Positions 29,701 to 43,800 of a stretch of 64,000 nucleotides of DNA are shown piece by piece. Each line of letters begins with the position of its first letter. Position 1 is the stretch's first letter. A model generated the notes under the pieces. The model saw only the letters and a list, made by a program, of their open reading frames with translations, did no database searches and had not been told where the DNA came from. Source of the DNA: Eledone cirrhosa (taxonomy: Eukaryota); assembly GCA_964016885.1 (NCBI GenBank), contig CAXHJY010000929.1, forward strand, positions 61,120 through 125,119, in the 5' to 3' direction. The position numbers and the translations under genes are program-made.

Positions 29701-30469
29701 TGAGATTTCTACCTCTCGGTTAAAATCTTACCTTTTACAAATTACAAGTTCTTTCATCTTCATTTTGGTTTCCAGTTGTAAATCTATTTCTATGATAAAT
29801 ATTCTTAACTGTATTAACTGCTAACAATTAATACAGATTAAACATTTTGATCACTTTTAAGTTTAAAGTAAAAAATTGATTTACTCATTAATAGTGTAAG
29901 TTTTATGAATATATTTTTATTTTATAAACTAAAGAATAAGAAATGAATTTAAACTATCATTCTAATCTATAGTTTTGGTAGAATCAATAGAGCATCAGAC
30001 AAAATGCTTTGAGGCATTTGTTTTGGCTCTTTGTTAGGTTCAGGTTATCTTTGCTTTTCATCCTCCCAAGGTCAATAAAGTGCCATTAAAGCACTGGGGT
30101 TGATGTAATTGACTTAACATTCCACTCCAAATTGTTGGCCTTGTGCCTAAATTAGAAACCATTAATTATAAACTGTAAAATTTGCTAGTCAAATTGTTCA
30201 TTATGTATTGGGAGAAGTAACTTAATTTAAAGCAGCTGGCTAGGGACACATAGGTATTTTATTTTTAAAAATAACTTTAATTGCTATATTTTATATCTCA
30301 ACATTGCTTTCATTTGTTTAAAATCAAGTTCATGGAGTGCAGATATGTTTATAATGAATTGACTTTAATCCATTTCTCCATCCCATGTGTATTTTTTTGA
30401 AATTATAAATCTATTAAATATCCTTACAACTTGTGTATGTATGTGTGTGTGTGTGTGTGCGTATATATA

Positions 30470-30508
<39 letters not shown>

Positions 30509-30511
30509 ATA

Positions 30512-30546
<35 letters not shown>

Positions 30547-30605
30547 GATATATATATATATATATATATATGTGTGTATATATATATGATATATATATAT
30601 ATATA

Positions 30606-30640
<35 letters not shown>

Positions 30641-30658
30641 GATATATACATATATATA

Positions 30659-30694
<36 letters not shown>

Positions 30695-31216
30695 CATCTT
30701 TACAAAGTTTTATGTATGTTTAAGATAGAAATTTATGTCTCCAGTTCAATTTGTCCAGTGTAATTTTTATGGTGTATTACTTGGACATACAGCACCAAAT
30801 AACTTTTTTTTTAAATTTACACAAGAGACAGTATATTTGTATGTATTTTAGTGACTGTATCAAATTTGTTTCATTATATTTGATTCTATGTTTTGACTTG
30901 ATAATTATTTCTAGATGTTTACAAAAATGATTAAAGTATTTTTTAATCATTAAAATATTTACTATTCTTAATTGTTCAGAATATGTTGATTATTATTATT
31001 ATGATACTTACTATCAGAAGGATTATCTTGTTTTCACAAATATTTACAATTATATGGTAATATCTATTAAACTTAACATTCAGATTTAGTTATTTAAATG
31101 CGGCAAAATATTAAATTATTTAGTTTGCTAAATTTAGAATTGTGTTGGCATGTATGTACATATGTATATAATTGTACATACACACATATGTACAATTATA
31201 TACATGTATGAGTAAC

Positions 31217-31251
<35 letters not shown>

Positions 31252-31323
31252 TAGCCATAATAAATGAGTGTGTGCGTGTGTGTGTGTATATATGTATAGA
31301 CACACACATACATAGGTATATAC

Positions 31324-31374
<51 letters not shown>

Positions 31375-31782
31375 CACACACACATAGATATATACATGTA
31401 TGTGTATGTGCGCATGCCTGAAAAATTAAAATAAAGTTTATAGGAAACTAGTCAGTTAAATTTCAACATTACATTGTTGCATACATATATATGTATTAAC
31501 AATCATATTTTTATATTAAATTTAGAAGTTATTCAACAAACAAATATATAGAAAGACTTTGAAGCTGAAATCAAATTACTTAAGGTTAGAAATATAAAGT
31601 TTCAAATGATATAAAAGAAAAAACAAAATTCTAAGTACTGCTTTTGCTAATGTCTACCTCCATTGGAGTTCATTGTTAGGAAGATATGTAAATTCATTCA
31701 TCATTGTATTTAAAAGCTAAATAGCTTTAATTTATGTGTGTGTATACGTTTGTATGTATATATGTGTACATATATATATGTA

Positions 31783-31830
<48 letters not shown>

Positions 31831-34800
31831 TATATGTCTATATGTGTGTGTGTGTGTGTATACATATATAAACACACGTGTGTATATGTGTGTATATATA
31901 TATAAACACACGTGTGTATATGTGTGTATATATGTTACATGTATATATGTATATATCCAACCCATGTCAGGATGGAAAAGTTGATGTAAAATAACCATGA
32001 TAGATGCTTAAATGCCACCTATGTTTGCATTAAGCCAGTTTCAGGCAACGTGTATATGTGTGTATTATAATAATTAAATAGTTTAGAAGTAGTGGAAAAT
32101 TATAAATTCTACAACTACAGCAAAAGCCGTTTGTGTATCACTAGAAATCTCATTGGATTATCTCATTGAATCTTATTTCTTCCTGCTACAATTTAAAAAT
32201 ATATATATTTGAAACCAGAAAAGAGGCCAGAGACAGCTGAGGTTTTAAAAAAAAAGCTGAGAGCTGCCAAAAATTGTTGTCAGTACTGTAACCATTTTTT
32301 GTTTTTCAGAAAGTTTTACCTACATTTGGAGTTTATTTAAAAAACTCATAAGACATAAACACCACTGTCCTTTATTTTGACTTTGACCATCATATATTTT
32401 GGTGTGATTTGTATGTTGACAAGTTATTATTTTTTAAATTATTTTTTCTTTAATATTTCCTTCCTATATTGATATTGTTAGAAATAGTTAATTATCAAGC
32501 TGATGCCTCTATAGTCTGTAGCATTATCAAATTCTTAACATTCTGTGGTAATTTAGCAGAAAATATCTAAAAGCAGGTTTAATTGGAATGTTTATAGTAT
32601 CTTTACTAGTGGACAGATTGTTGTGAAAATATTTTGATGTGATGCAGTCATAATTCTGTTTTGTAGTTTTCAAAACTATCTAACTAATACTGTTTTGTGT
32701 GGTACAGGACGTTAAGAGTTAATATAGAGAAGTAAGAGTGAATTATCATTTCCTTCATAATTTCATATTGTTTGAAACTTAATCAAGTTGATTTATTTTC
32801 AATTATAGTCCCTGTAGCCTGTACAATTGTTAGGGTTAATAAAAGTAAATATTAAGGATAGCATTGTTTTGAGGATTGCTAGAATTGTTAGTATCAGAGA
32901 AAATGCCTTGTATTTTTTCTGGTGCTTTATGTACTGAGTTCAGATTTCGTTGAGGTCAACTTTGCCTTTCATTCTTCTTAGGTCAATAAAATAAATAAGC
33001 ACTGGAGTTGATATGATAGACAGATTGCTGGCGTTGTCTAAATTAGAAACCATTCTTTTGTAAATGTTAGGAAGGTCAAGTTCTTAAATTATTTCTTTAA
33101 TAGTTGAAATATATTGGATAAAGCTGTTCTATTTGTTTTTATTTAACTATTTTGACATTTAAAAAAAATTGTCCTCAATATAAAGTGATTTGTGGTTTTC
33201 ATTATTCCTGTTAATGTAATGTTAAAATTATCTGGTGAATGTATATATCCACTTGTGGTGTCAAAAATTGCTATATATGGTGTGACTAAATGAACTGTTT
33301 TTAATTTAACAGCAGCTGATGAAGTGAATATTTACCAAAACACCTAGACTTCCCCTGAGCTAACTTGTGTAAATATACCATATTTTCTTTATGGGGTATA
33401 TTTGAGGTGTGGACACAGTAGAGCCAAATGGTTAGGAGGTTCACTTCACAATCATTAGGTCTTTGGTTTGATCCCACTTCAAGTGTCTTGGGCAAATGTC
33501 ATTTACCATGGCCTTGAGTTACCTATGCCTTATGAGGGAAATTGGCAAGACAGAAACTTTGAAAACCCATTAGATGAACTGTACCTTTACTTCAAAGGTC
33601 CAGCCTTGTCACACATTGTGATAGAAAATAGATGTGAAATGGTAGTAATGATTATATATATATATATATATATTATTAATGATTAATATTTACATAGTGA
33701 ATTCTGTTTTGAATCCTTGACAGTCCTCTTCACAACTAGTTGCAAAGGATGTGACCTGGTCACCTATAGTATAAGACACTACTTTATGAAATCTTTATTT
33801 ATTTGTGTGTTTTTAACCAATGCATAAGAATATATATATAGTATAAGTAGGGAACAGCTTTTCTTTGAAACATGTTATGTTGTAAACACAACTGCGTTTC
33901 AGTTTGATCATCTTTATTAAGGTATTTCCTTATACTTTATATTTAGTTTCGGAACATTAGTGTTTCTAAATCAATGTTTGTATTCACATTTTAAAAATAA
34001 CCATTATTTCCTCCTACCCCCATGACACTTTACAACCTCTGCTAAGTACATGACCTATAACCATTCTAATTCTGTGAAAGCCTTGAAAAATTAATGCACA
34101 CATAGATTTAGGAATGCTACTGTTCCAATCTAAAAATAAAGAATTAAGAAAATAGGAAAATTCCATAACCCTTTAGCATTCACATTACTCTATATATACT
34201 ATTATATTTTCATGGTAAAGGCTTTATCTGGCATAATTATCTCACATAATATCGAATCTATGAGATTTTGAAAGTATTTATTTTGAGAACAATACCTTAA
34301 CATCAGTTTGAGCGACCAGTTACAGCCAGTTTCAACAGAAAGAGGTAGATAATTATGGCCGGTTTTGGCTGGTTTGAACATTAAAGGGTTAATAGAAATG
34401 ATAATACTGGTGCACAATTGTGTTTTCAATGTATATGTTTAACACCCTTTAGTGGAATGATTTCTTCTATAATATTCATAATTATCGTAACTACTACTTT
34501 TATCAGCTTTTCACTATATTCTTCATTTTTATTATTTTTGATTTTTGACCTTTTTTCTTATCTGATGTGTTCAACACTTATTGACTTAAAACTGATATAC
34601 TTTTTTGAAGAATAGAAACATAGGTTAAAATCTCTTCTAAAGAAGTAGATAGGAAACAAGCCTATATTGGTAGGGACATTTTATAAAATGTTGAAATAGA
34701 AAAAAAAACTGGAACATTGACTAGAAACTGGTATTAGTTTAGTATTTATTTGTGTTGGTCAGTCTTGTACTTCTCTATCAGTTTTAGTGTTAAAGACATA

Positions 34801-37800
34801 TTTGGGGATAACTGTTTGTTAACACTTTTGTTACCATATTTCTAATGAAACTCACTACTTACGATTTTTTAATAATTTGGAAAATAATCCAGAATTTGAA
34901 ATGATTTAATAATATATCTAATTTTATCATTTTTAAGGTAGTGTTTGGAACATATCTTAACATAATTATGATAGGTTTTTAGATAAATATAAATACTTTG
35001 CAAAAAAAAAAAAAGAGTTTCATATCGCAGAACTAGGGATGGTTTCAGGAATTTTGGTATAAAAAGAGTGAATTAGAAAACTATTTATGATGTTAGAAGA
35101 ATTCATGTCTCCCCCCTCTCCTCTCTAAGATAGCTTAGCTTTCTTTGTAAATTAGTATTACTCTTGTTAGAATGAATATTTTTGAAGTAGTGTTTATAGT
35201 TAGTGATTGATAGAATGTTTTTCTGTTAGAAGATACATCTAACTGTTGCTCTGTTAGTTCAAATAGTAACTCCCATAACATATGTCTTTACTAACGGTGT
35301 TCAATATTATTGTCAGGCTGCCTATTTAAATATTACTTATTGCTAGTTGGAATTTACAGTAAATATATATTTCTACTTCAGGTATTTTTCAATAATTATT
35401 GCTGTGTATGTGTGTGTGTATTGTATCCAAAGTTAAGACCATATGTTAATAAACATACTTTAGCCTTGCTGAGGGAAATAGACCCCATTGTTAATACGTG
35501 TGTTTGTATGTGTATATATATATATATATCATCATCATCGTTAAAAGATGATATATATATTTGTTGTATTTTTGAAAATTTAGCTTTTTACCAACTTTGT
35601 TTTCACTTTTATCAGTTTTAATGTGTTGTGGGTCTCTCCTCCATGTTTTAATGTTTCATAACCCCTCTCCCTTCCTGCTGTGTGACACTCGATTCCAGCC
35701 TGCAAACATAAATGTATAGTCTGAATATTGAAGTGTGTGGGAGAAAGGTGGAATGGGGGGGGGGGATGTAGCATAATAAATGGCTTCAGTAATGTTTTTA
35801 CAGCAGATTTTTATCATTTTTTTCCTCCCAAATTGTTACTAAAAAATCCTTAAAAAAGACTTAAAAACTATTGTTTTTCAGGTCCTTCCTGGCCTTAGTG
35901 GTTACCTTTCATACAAAGAGGGTAGCTTTTACACGGTACGTGGTAGTGTATTCTGACTCCTCATTGGTGCTGCCGAGAGATAAATAGCAATCCTTATTTC
36001 TTTGTTTACTAAAGTTTATATGAGGTTTTGAGATCCTCTTGCCAATTTCTTCTCATGGCAAATAAATTTGCTGTTTCCAGATTACTGCTAACATTACAGA
36101 GATTTAATTTAAAATGAAATTGTTACACGGGTTTCCATTAACTTTATTTCTCTTTCTAATACTTCATTGTCTACATTGTTGCTGATTTCTATTGACAGTT
36201 AGTATTTATGTTAACTCTTAATATCTTGTAGTGATTTAGCAGAAAATATCTAACAACAGGTTTGTTAATTCAAGAACTTATAGTAACTTTATTAGTGGAC
36301 AGATTGTTACAAACATTTGCTATATTAGAGTAAAGACTTCAATTTTTAATGTGATACACTCATAGTATTGTTTTATACTTTTCATGAATATCTTGCTATT
36401 GTGGTTTGATGTAGTACTGGAAATTAATAGAATTAATGTGTCTCTCTTTCTTTATCCTCATGGTGCTACAGTGTCAGCTATAATCATTGAAAGTAATCTG
36501 AATGTTAGACCCTGTAGTTGTAACAGACAATGTTCTTATTTATCTAAGGAACAGCTATCAAACTAGGTTTTTATTTAGATCCACTCCAATCCACCAATGG
36601 CTGTGATTAATGTTGTTTGAATTTGAAGTTATATAGCTCATTATACATGTATCCATCCTCTACACACTACCGACCATTACTTTCTTTGACCTTTCTGCAC
36701 TCCACTACATGAAAAAAGAAAAAAAAAACCAAAACACACAGCTCTGAGAGCTATTGCTATTTTCCAATGCAGTTGTTGCTATAAGCATCTCACATTTATG
36801 TACTTCCAGTCTATCCAAGAGTGGCCTGTTTTAGCTTTACAGAATGGACTTGTCCATTGTCTGCTGACTAAATAAATGGTGCAAATGCTGATATCTCTAA
36901 ATGGTACTAACTTAACTCTAGTATTTCATTATAATAACAATAATTTCTTCTGTCAAAATGAGACAAGCTTTACTTGAATATTATTTACTCAGCTTAGGAG
37001 GTTATAATATATTTTGATATAATTTTCTTTAGTGTTTCCATGGCAGTTATGTCTCATGAGCATTCTCTTTAATTGGTTTTCTTAATATAAATATTGATAA
37101 AATGTATTTCATGCTTTTATCACTTTATGAATACATTAATAACAACAGAAGCTTATATTTGACCTCTGGGTGTTCCAGTGAAGGCTTGTATGATGAAATT
37201 TATGGAATCCAGTGATTGTAAATTTGATGATGTTTTGTTTATATATATCTTCCCTTAGGATTTGAAATTACACCTAGCTTATTTTTAATGGACTGGCTCA
37301 GAATTATCACAACAGCATTTAGATTTTGTTATTTAATTGATAGGCAGTTTAGCTATGGAATCAGATATTATTTGATAGAGAATTTTCTCACAATTTTGTT
37401 GATTTCAGGTTTTTTTTTAAAATTATCTTTCTAGAAGTTATTTACTCAAGTTTTAAAATAGATATTTGTTTATATATTTTAATATAAGGTATTGGTTTGA
37501 TTTTAGATGATTTTCTAGTTTTGTGGTCTTTGTTGAGAAAAGCATGTTCTTCATTTTCAGAAGTAATCATCAGCCATATTTGTTTATATATAGTGTACTT
37601 TGTATAGAAGAGTTGCAACTGGCAGATAATATCAGCAATGGAAAGTTCAAGGAAGCACTGTTTCCTTGGTCCGATCTGATGATCGGCTCCTATCCTTTTC
37701 TTTCCTTTATATAGAAGTTAGATTTTCTTATGGATCAGATACAAATTATTTTTAACTATATGGGATAAAATGTTTACTTACATATTTCAATTTATAAAAG

Positions 37801-40800
37801 ATCCTTTTGTTTTTGAGACACAGTAATTATACATGTTAGCATTATATATATTAAGTTATCTAGTAACTAGTATTAGTGATGTTTGGTTTGTTTGTTTTTT
37901 TTTGTGTGTAATTGTGTATTTTAAATTTTTTTTATTTTTCAGCTTTTTATTTTCCATATTTCTATTAGAAATTAGCTTGACAGAATTATTACAGTTTGTA
38001 TTCATTTGGATTCCAAATTGTGTAGTTTAGTTCTAAGTAAAATGATTTGAGTTATGTTTTTTTCTTCGTTTTGCTATTCCAATGTTATCATACAGCCTCA
38101 TTCACTGATCCACTGGTCTGGACAGGTTTTTCTCCAATTTCTTCCCCACTATCAAAAGACGTTTATATATGTCATGGTCAGGTATTTTACTTGTCTTTTG
38201 CTTCTACAGTTATTGTTTATTGAATTTGCTCTGATTGCTGTTATTGTGTATAGTTGTATAAACTGTGCTATGCACTGTTGCCCAGCTGCCCTTATGTGGT
38301 ACAAGCAACACAAATCTGTGGCAATATTTGAGAATTATCCAAGTATTTTTCACATTAAATGAGAATGAAGAAACAAAAATGCCTTTTAATTTGAATTTCC
38401 ACCTTGTTTCTTGAGAGAAATATGTGTGCACACTCACTTGCAAACACACATACATACATTCACATATGCACCCATACACACTGATAAATAAATGAAAATC
38501 CTTTCCTGTTTGATCTCTTATAATATATTTCTCCACAGCTAAACATGTCAGTTGTTTCCCTAAATCAGTGGCTAGGTAATATGCGTGGTGCAGCTCTATT
38601 TTTTGTTTCAGTTTTTCGCCAACATTTCCTTCCAATTGACATGCCTTGTTTGATCTGAGATGTTTTTCCGTTGCAGTTGAAAGCCGAGTTTATGCAGCTT
38701 CTAAAGGAAACGTCCATTATTGAACGTAATTCTCGCTGGAGTGAAATCAAGAAAAAAATTGATTCTGATTTGAGATATAAAGCTGTGGAAAGTAGTTCAC
38801 GGCGAGAGGACTGGTTCCGGGATTATGTGAAAAATATGGAGGAGGTAATTTAATATGGTTCTTGTTAAATTAACTGTACATGTACAGTGTTTATATACTT
38901 TTATAACACCATATCTTCATTTTCCATTCACTTTCTCTGCTGGCAAGGGTTGAATGGGTTGTCACATTTTGAGACCAGATGAGTTGGAGTGACTTCTCCC
39001 TCACAGTTTCCATATTCAGCATGGTTTCTATGGTTTGATGTTCTTCCTAATACCATCTACCTTACCATATGTACTGAGTACATTCTGTATTTACAGGGTG
39101 TACTGGGTGCATTTTAGATTTTTTGACTGACTTAGTGGTCTTTAGAGCATCAGATGGAATTTGTTCCAGCCCTGGGGTCAATTTTGCTTGTCATTAGGGG
39201 ATGCTTTGTGGTATCTGTTCTGGCTCTCTGCATTTTGAGTTCTAATCCTGCCTCCTGTCACTGGAAAAGCAATGACGCTTCTATTAGGAGTTGCAACTGA
39301 CAGTATCAATAATGGAAAAACTATTGGAAACAGTTTCCATGATCTGATCTGATGATCAGCTTCTTTCTTTTCTTTCTATAGCTGGAAGCCTTTACTAACA
39401 CTAACCACCTTACAGAATGTGCTGGATGTATTTTATCATGGCACCAGCAATAGATAGGTTGTCTGTCATTGACTTGATTAAACCCTTTTAATGCAATTAA
39501 TTTGTAAATTTTTTTTTTATATAAAGGAGTCTGATGATGAAGACCGTAAACAAAGGGAGAAACAGGAGCGTGTTGAAGCCAGTCTCCGAGAACGGGAGAA
39601 GGAAGTACAGCGGACATTATCTAATTCGCTGCGAGAGAGAGACAAAGAACGAGAACAGCACAAGAAAGATGAAGCCATACAACATTTCAAAGCGTTGCTG
39701 GCTGATCTTGTAAGTATTAGGAATTTGTGTTGTCTTCATCAGTTAGCCCCTGCCCAAAATGACCCTTATTAAAGTTTTCTAATTTAAATTTAAATTGTGG
39801 AATAAAATCTCATTATTACATGACTGTTGGATTTCAGTCTTTTGTTATTAAGTTGAAAGTATTTGTTTTGGTCCTTTTATTTTAGGGTTGATAAATTAAA
39901 GTACTGTTGTAATATTTGGGTGAGGTCTCTTGTTTGAGAATTGAGGTTAAATTCTCTTTTCCTTCCCGCACACCAGTCATAGAGGGCCTGAAAAAAGTCA
40001 TGGAGACTATTTTTTTGATGAATATTAAATTTTATTTTTCATTTTGATTTCTTAAATCAGCATTTTTGTGTTTTGTTTACAAAAGGAATAATAAAATGTG
40101 TTTGCACTTGTTCTATTTTCACAGTGAGGCTTATGATTTAAAAACATTTATCATAGATATTGTTCATTTAATCCTTTCATTATCATATTTCTCATAAAAG
40201 ATGCTGCTTATGATTTTCAAATCCTTTTGAAAACAGTAACATATCTGGAGAGATTTAGTGATAAACTTTCTCATTATAAGCTGGTATTTCTTATATAAAA
40301 TTATGATACAGGGTTTTTAGATAAATAAAAACATTTTAAAACAAACAGAACTGGGTAGGTTTCAGGCAGTTTGGTATCAAAAGGGTTAATGTAAACTTTT
40401 TCAGTATGTTAGGTCTATGTATGTTGATATTGTTTATTTTTCCAAAACTGCTTCGAAGATATTTTCTATATAAAATATCATTTCTTTTTACTGAAGGTGC
40501 GAAACTCTGAATCTTCTTGGCGAGAAACCAGGAAACAACTACGTAAAGACCATCGCTGGGAACTGGCAGATTTATTGGACCGTGATGAGAAAGAGAAATT
40601 GTTTGAGGAACATATTGATATTTTAAATAAAAAGAATAAGGAAATGTTTCATAAACTCCTGGATGAAACACTTCAGGTAAACTTTAGACATTAACAGAGA
40701 GGGATTATTGATTAGTTCTGGAGAAAGGGCTCTGCACGTACTCTATTGAGATTGAATAGCTATAGGGAAAACATGGACAGGAACAACCTTATCAGGAAGA

Positions 40801-43800
40801 AGGACTAAATGTGGGTTCAATAACCATGTTGGTATCTGTATAGTTACTGATATAATTTCTACTATAATGTTTATGAAAAAACAACTGAAAACTAGTCATT
40901 AGAACCATAGGTAGGTGCTATGTGGGAGTCTTCTTTTTCAACATGAGATTTTTCAAATTCAGGCTTCAGTGGTTTTTTGACCTACCTCAGTAGGTAGAGA
41001 TCTACTTCAGATATAAAGTATTGCAATGTCTCATCCATTATCTTGTGATGTACAGATTCACTTCCATCTTGTCTCTACACATAGTCAACATAATATACCT
41101 CACTTCCAGTATTTCTTTTGGCTCTTTCTGCTCTTCGCTCAACTTTAGCTGAGGACAGTTTTACCTTTCATCCTTTCAGGGTTGATAAAGTAACAGCCTT
41201 GGAGGTGGTGGGGTTGTTAGAACATTGGAGGGGATACCTTAGAGTAGCTGTTTTGGTCCTGTGCATTCTGAGTTAAAATCCTGAGAAAACTGGTGACATA
41301 ATAGGAGTACGGTGTGTATCATTAAAATACACAAGAAACCACTTATGAATGTAACCTCATTGGAGGCCAAGTCAACCTACATAGGTGTGAGCTGCAACAA
41401 CATCAATATGATAGGATTGGGCTCCCTATCAAAACACCAGAGAAACCTGAGATACAACCTTGTAGTAGACAAGCTCTAACCCACATAAGTATGAGCTGTA
41501 ACAACAACAAGGTAGGAGGCCAGCTAAATCTACATAGTCATGAGCTGTAATGACAGCATACATGATTTGATCTGTCAGTTCTGTTGATTTTAAATTGGTT
41601 TTATTGATTATTATTTTTTTTTAGATCACATTGACCTCTTCTTGGAAAGATGTGAAGAAAATGATCAAAGATGATCCGAGATATTCCAAGTTCTCATCTA
41701 GTGATAGGGTGAGTCAGCAAACATTCTATTAGCAGATTTTACTTATTTTTTTATCTTTCCTTAACAGTACACTCTGTAAAGTGGCAATACTGGTGCCACA
41801 ATAACATGCACCTAATATGCTGTTAAGTGGCAGTACTGGTGCCACAATAAAATGCACCCAGTACACTCTGTAAGATGACAGCGCTGGTGCCATGAAAAAG
41901 GACATCCAGTACAGTTAAATCTGTAAAGTGGTAGTGCTGGTACCATGAAAAACACACCCAGTACATGCTACTCTATAAAGTGGCAGCACTGATGCCATAA
42001 TGGAATGCATCCAGTACACTCTGTAAAGTGGTAGTGCTGGTGCTATGATACAATGCACCGAGAAACACTGTAAAGTGGTTGGTGTTAGGAAGAGCATCCA
42101 GCCATACACACCTTGCAAATATAGAGGGCATGAGCAAGATGAGGTTGCTCTAACCTGCCTGGGACAACATGTCCAACCCATGCCAGCATGGAAAACTCGT
42201 ATAAAAAGTTGATTTGTCTAATTTTACTTGAATTACTTTTGCAGAAAAGAGAGAAAGAATTTGAAGATTATCGCTATGAACAAATTGCTCAAGCTAAAGC
42301 AGATTTCCGGGAATTGTTAAAAGAAACCAAACTGGTAACCTACAGGTATGTCAGCATATGTTATTAGGCACTTGTGGGCTTGTTTTTATATATTATACTG
42401 GTTTCAGTCAATTATATTGACCATCGTACTACATCTGATACTTATTTTATTGATTTTTTTTGTTAAACTGCACATGAGGGCACAGACACACATGCACATA
42501 TATATTAAGAGGCTTCCCTAGTTTCCTTCATTATAAGACATTAGTGGAACCTTGACTCTAGCAAAAGGCACTTGCCCAAGGTGCTAGCTACACTGTAAGG
42601 TTGTGCCAGAAACCATGTGGTTGTAAAACAAACTAACCACATAGTGATACCTGCATCTATAATGTTACATATTTTTTTTAAAGAAACTAACTTTCTATGT
42701 AGATATTGAAGCTGAATACACTCAAATGAAAATCTTACAGTCTGGTTAATAATGTTGTGATCTTTGAAACAACTGTTTTTCATGTTGGGTCATTAGAGCA
42801 TTAAACCTTTTGTGGTATTTGTTCTGGCTCCTAACGTTTCTTATTTCAAATCCTACTAAGGTCAACTTTGCTGTTCATCCTTCTGAAGTCAAAATAAAGT
42901 ATTAGTCCAGTGGTGTCAGTATTTACCCCAGCTCATTGCATTCTGAGTTCAAATACCACTGTGGACTACTTGAGTGGTGGACTTAATCCGTTACCTGATT
43001 TAACACCACCATCTGTCTATTGTGAACTTTTAGCTGAGTCTTCTCTGTTGCAGGCATTCAGAACATTTGGTAAATAAGTCGCACATAACTTTTTGCAATT
43101 TATCTACAGGAATGTATATGTGTTTGTAATATCAGTTTGTCTGTGTTGATGTTTTCATGTTTCTTTTGTATGAATATATTGACTTATTTTCTATGTATTA
43201 GGTTAACAGTTGTGGAGATATAGTCATTGTTAGGTTAACTATCATGGAGATATAGTAATGGTTAGGTTAACTGTCTTGGCGATATAGTAATGGTTAGGTT
43301 AACTGTCTTGGCGATATAGTCATTGTTAGGTTAACAGTTGTGGAGATATAGTCATCACTAGGTTAACTATCGTGGAGATATAGTCATCGTCATTTTATAT
43401 CTGTTTTTCCTCATGCTGGCATGGTAGGGTAGAGAGGACCCTTCAATCACAACACAATGACTTCTATAAGATTGGTGCCATGAAAAATAGACCCTGTACA
43501 CCTTGTAAGGTAGCTATAGAAATCATACCAAAAAAAAAACGATGAAAGGACTTTCCATTATGTCAAAGGCACAACAACCTCGTTAGTGCTGGTGCCATGA
43601 TAAAATTCACTCGTCCAACCTTTGCTAGCAGGAAAAATAATGGTAAATGATGTTTTTCCTAAGACCAACCATTTTACAAACTACCATGTTTATTTTATTG
43701 TGGTATCAACACTAGATGTCCTCAGTAAGACTAAAGAGTCTTCTCTATCATATGTTGTTACTATTTAATCATCAACTGCTGAACAGTGTATACTAGATGC

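Noticed and set aside
37610-37710. Possible C/D-box snoRNA (CTGATGAT motif; also at 6560-6710 and 39290-39375)
   Set aside because: It recurs as degenerate dispersed repeat copies beside SINE fragments, and no ordered C...D box with a terminal stem is present.
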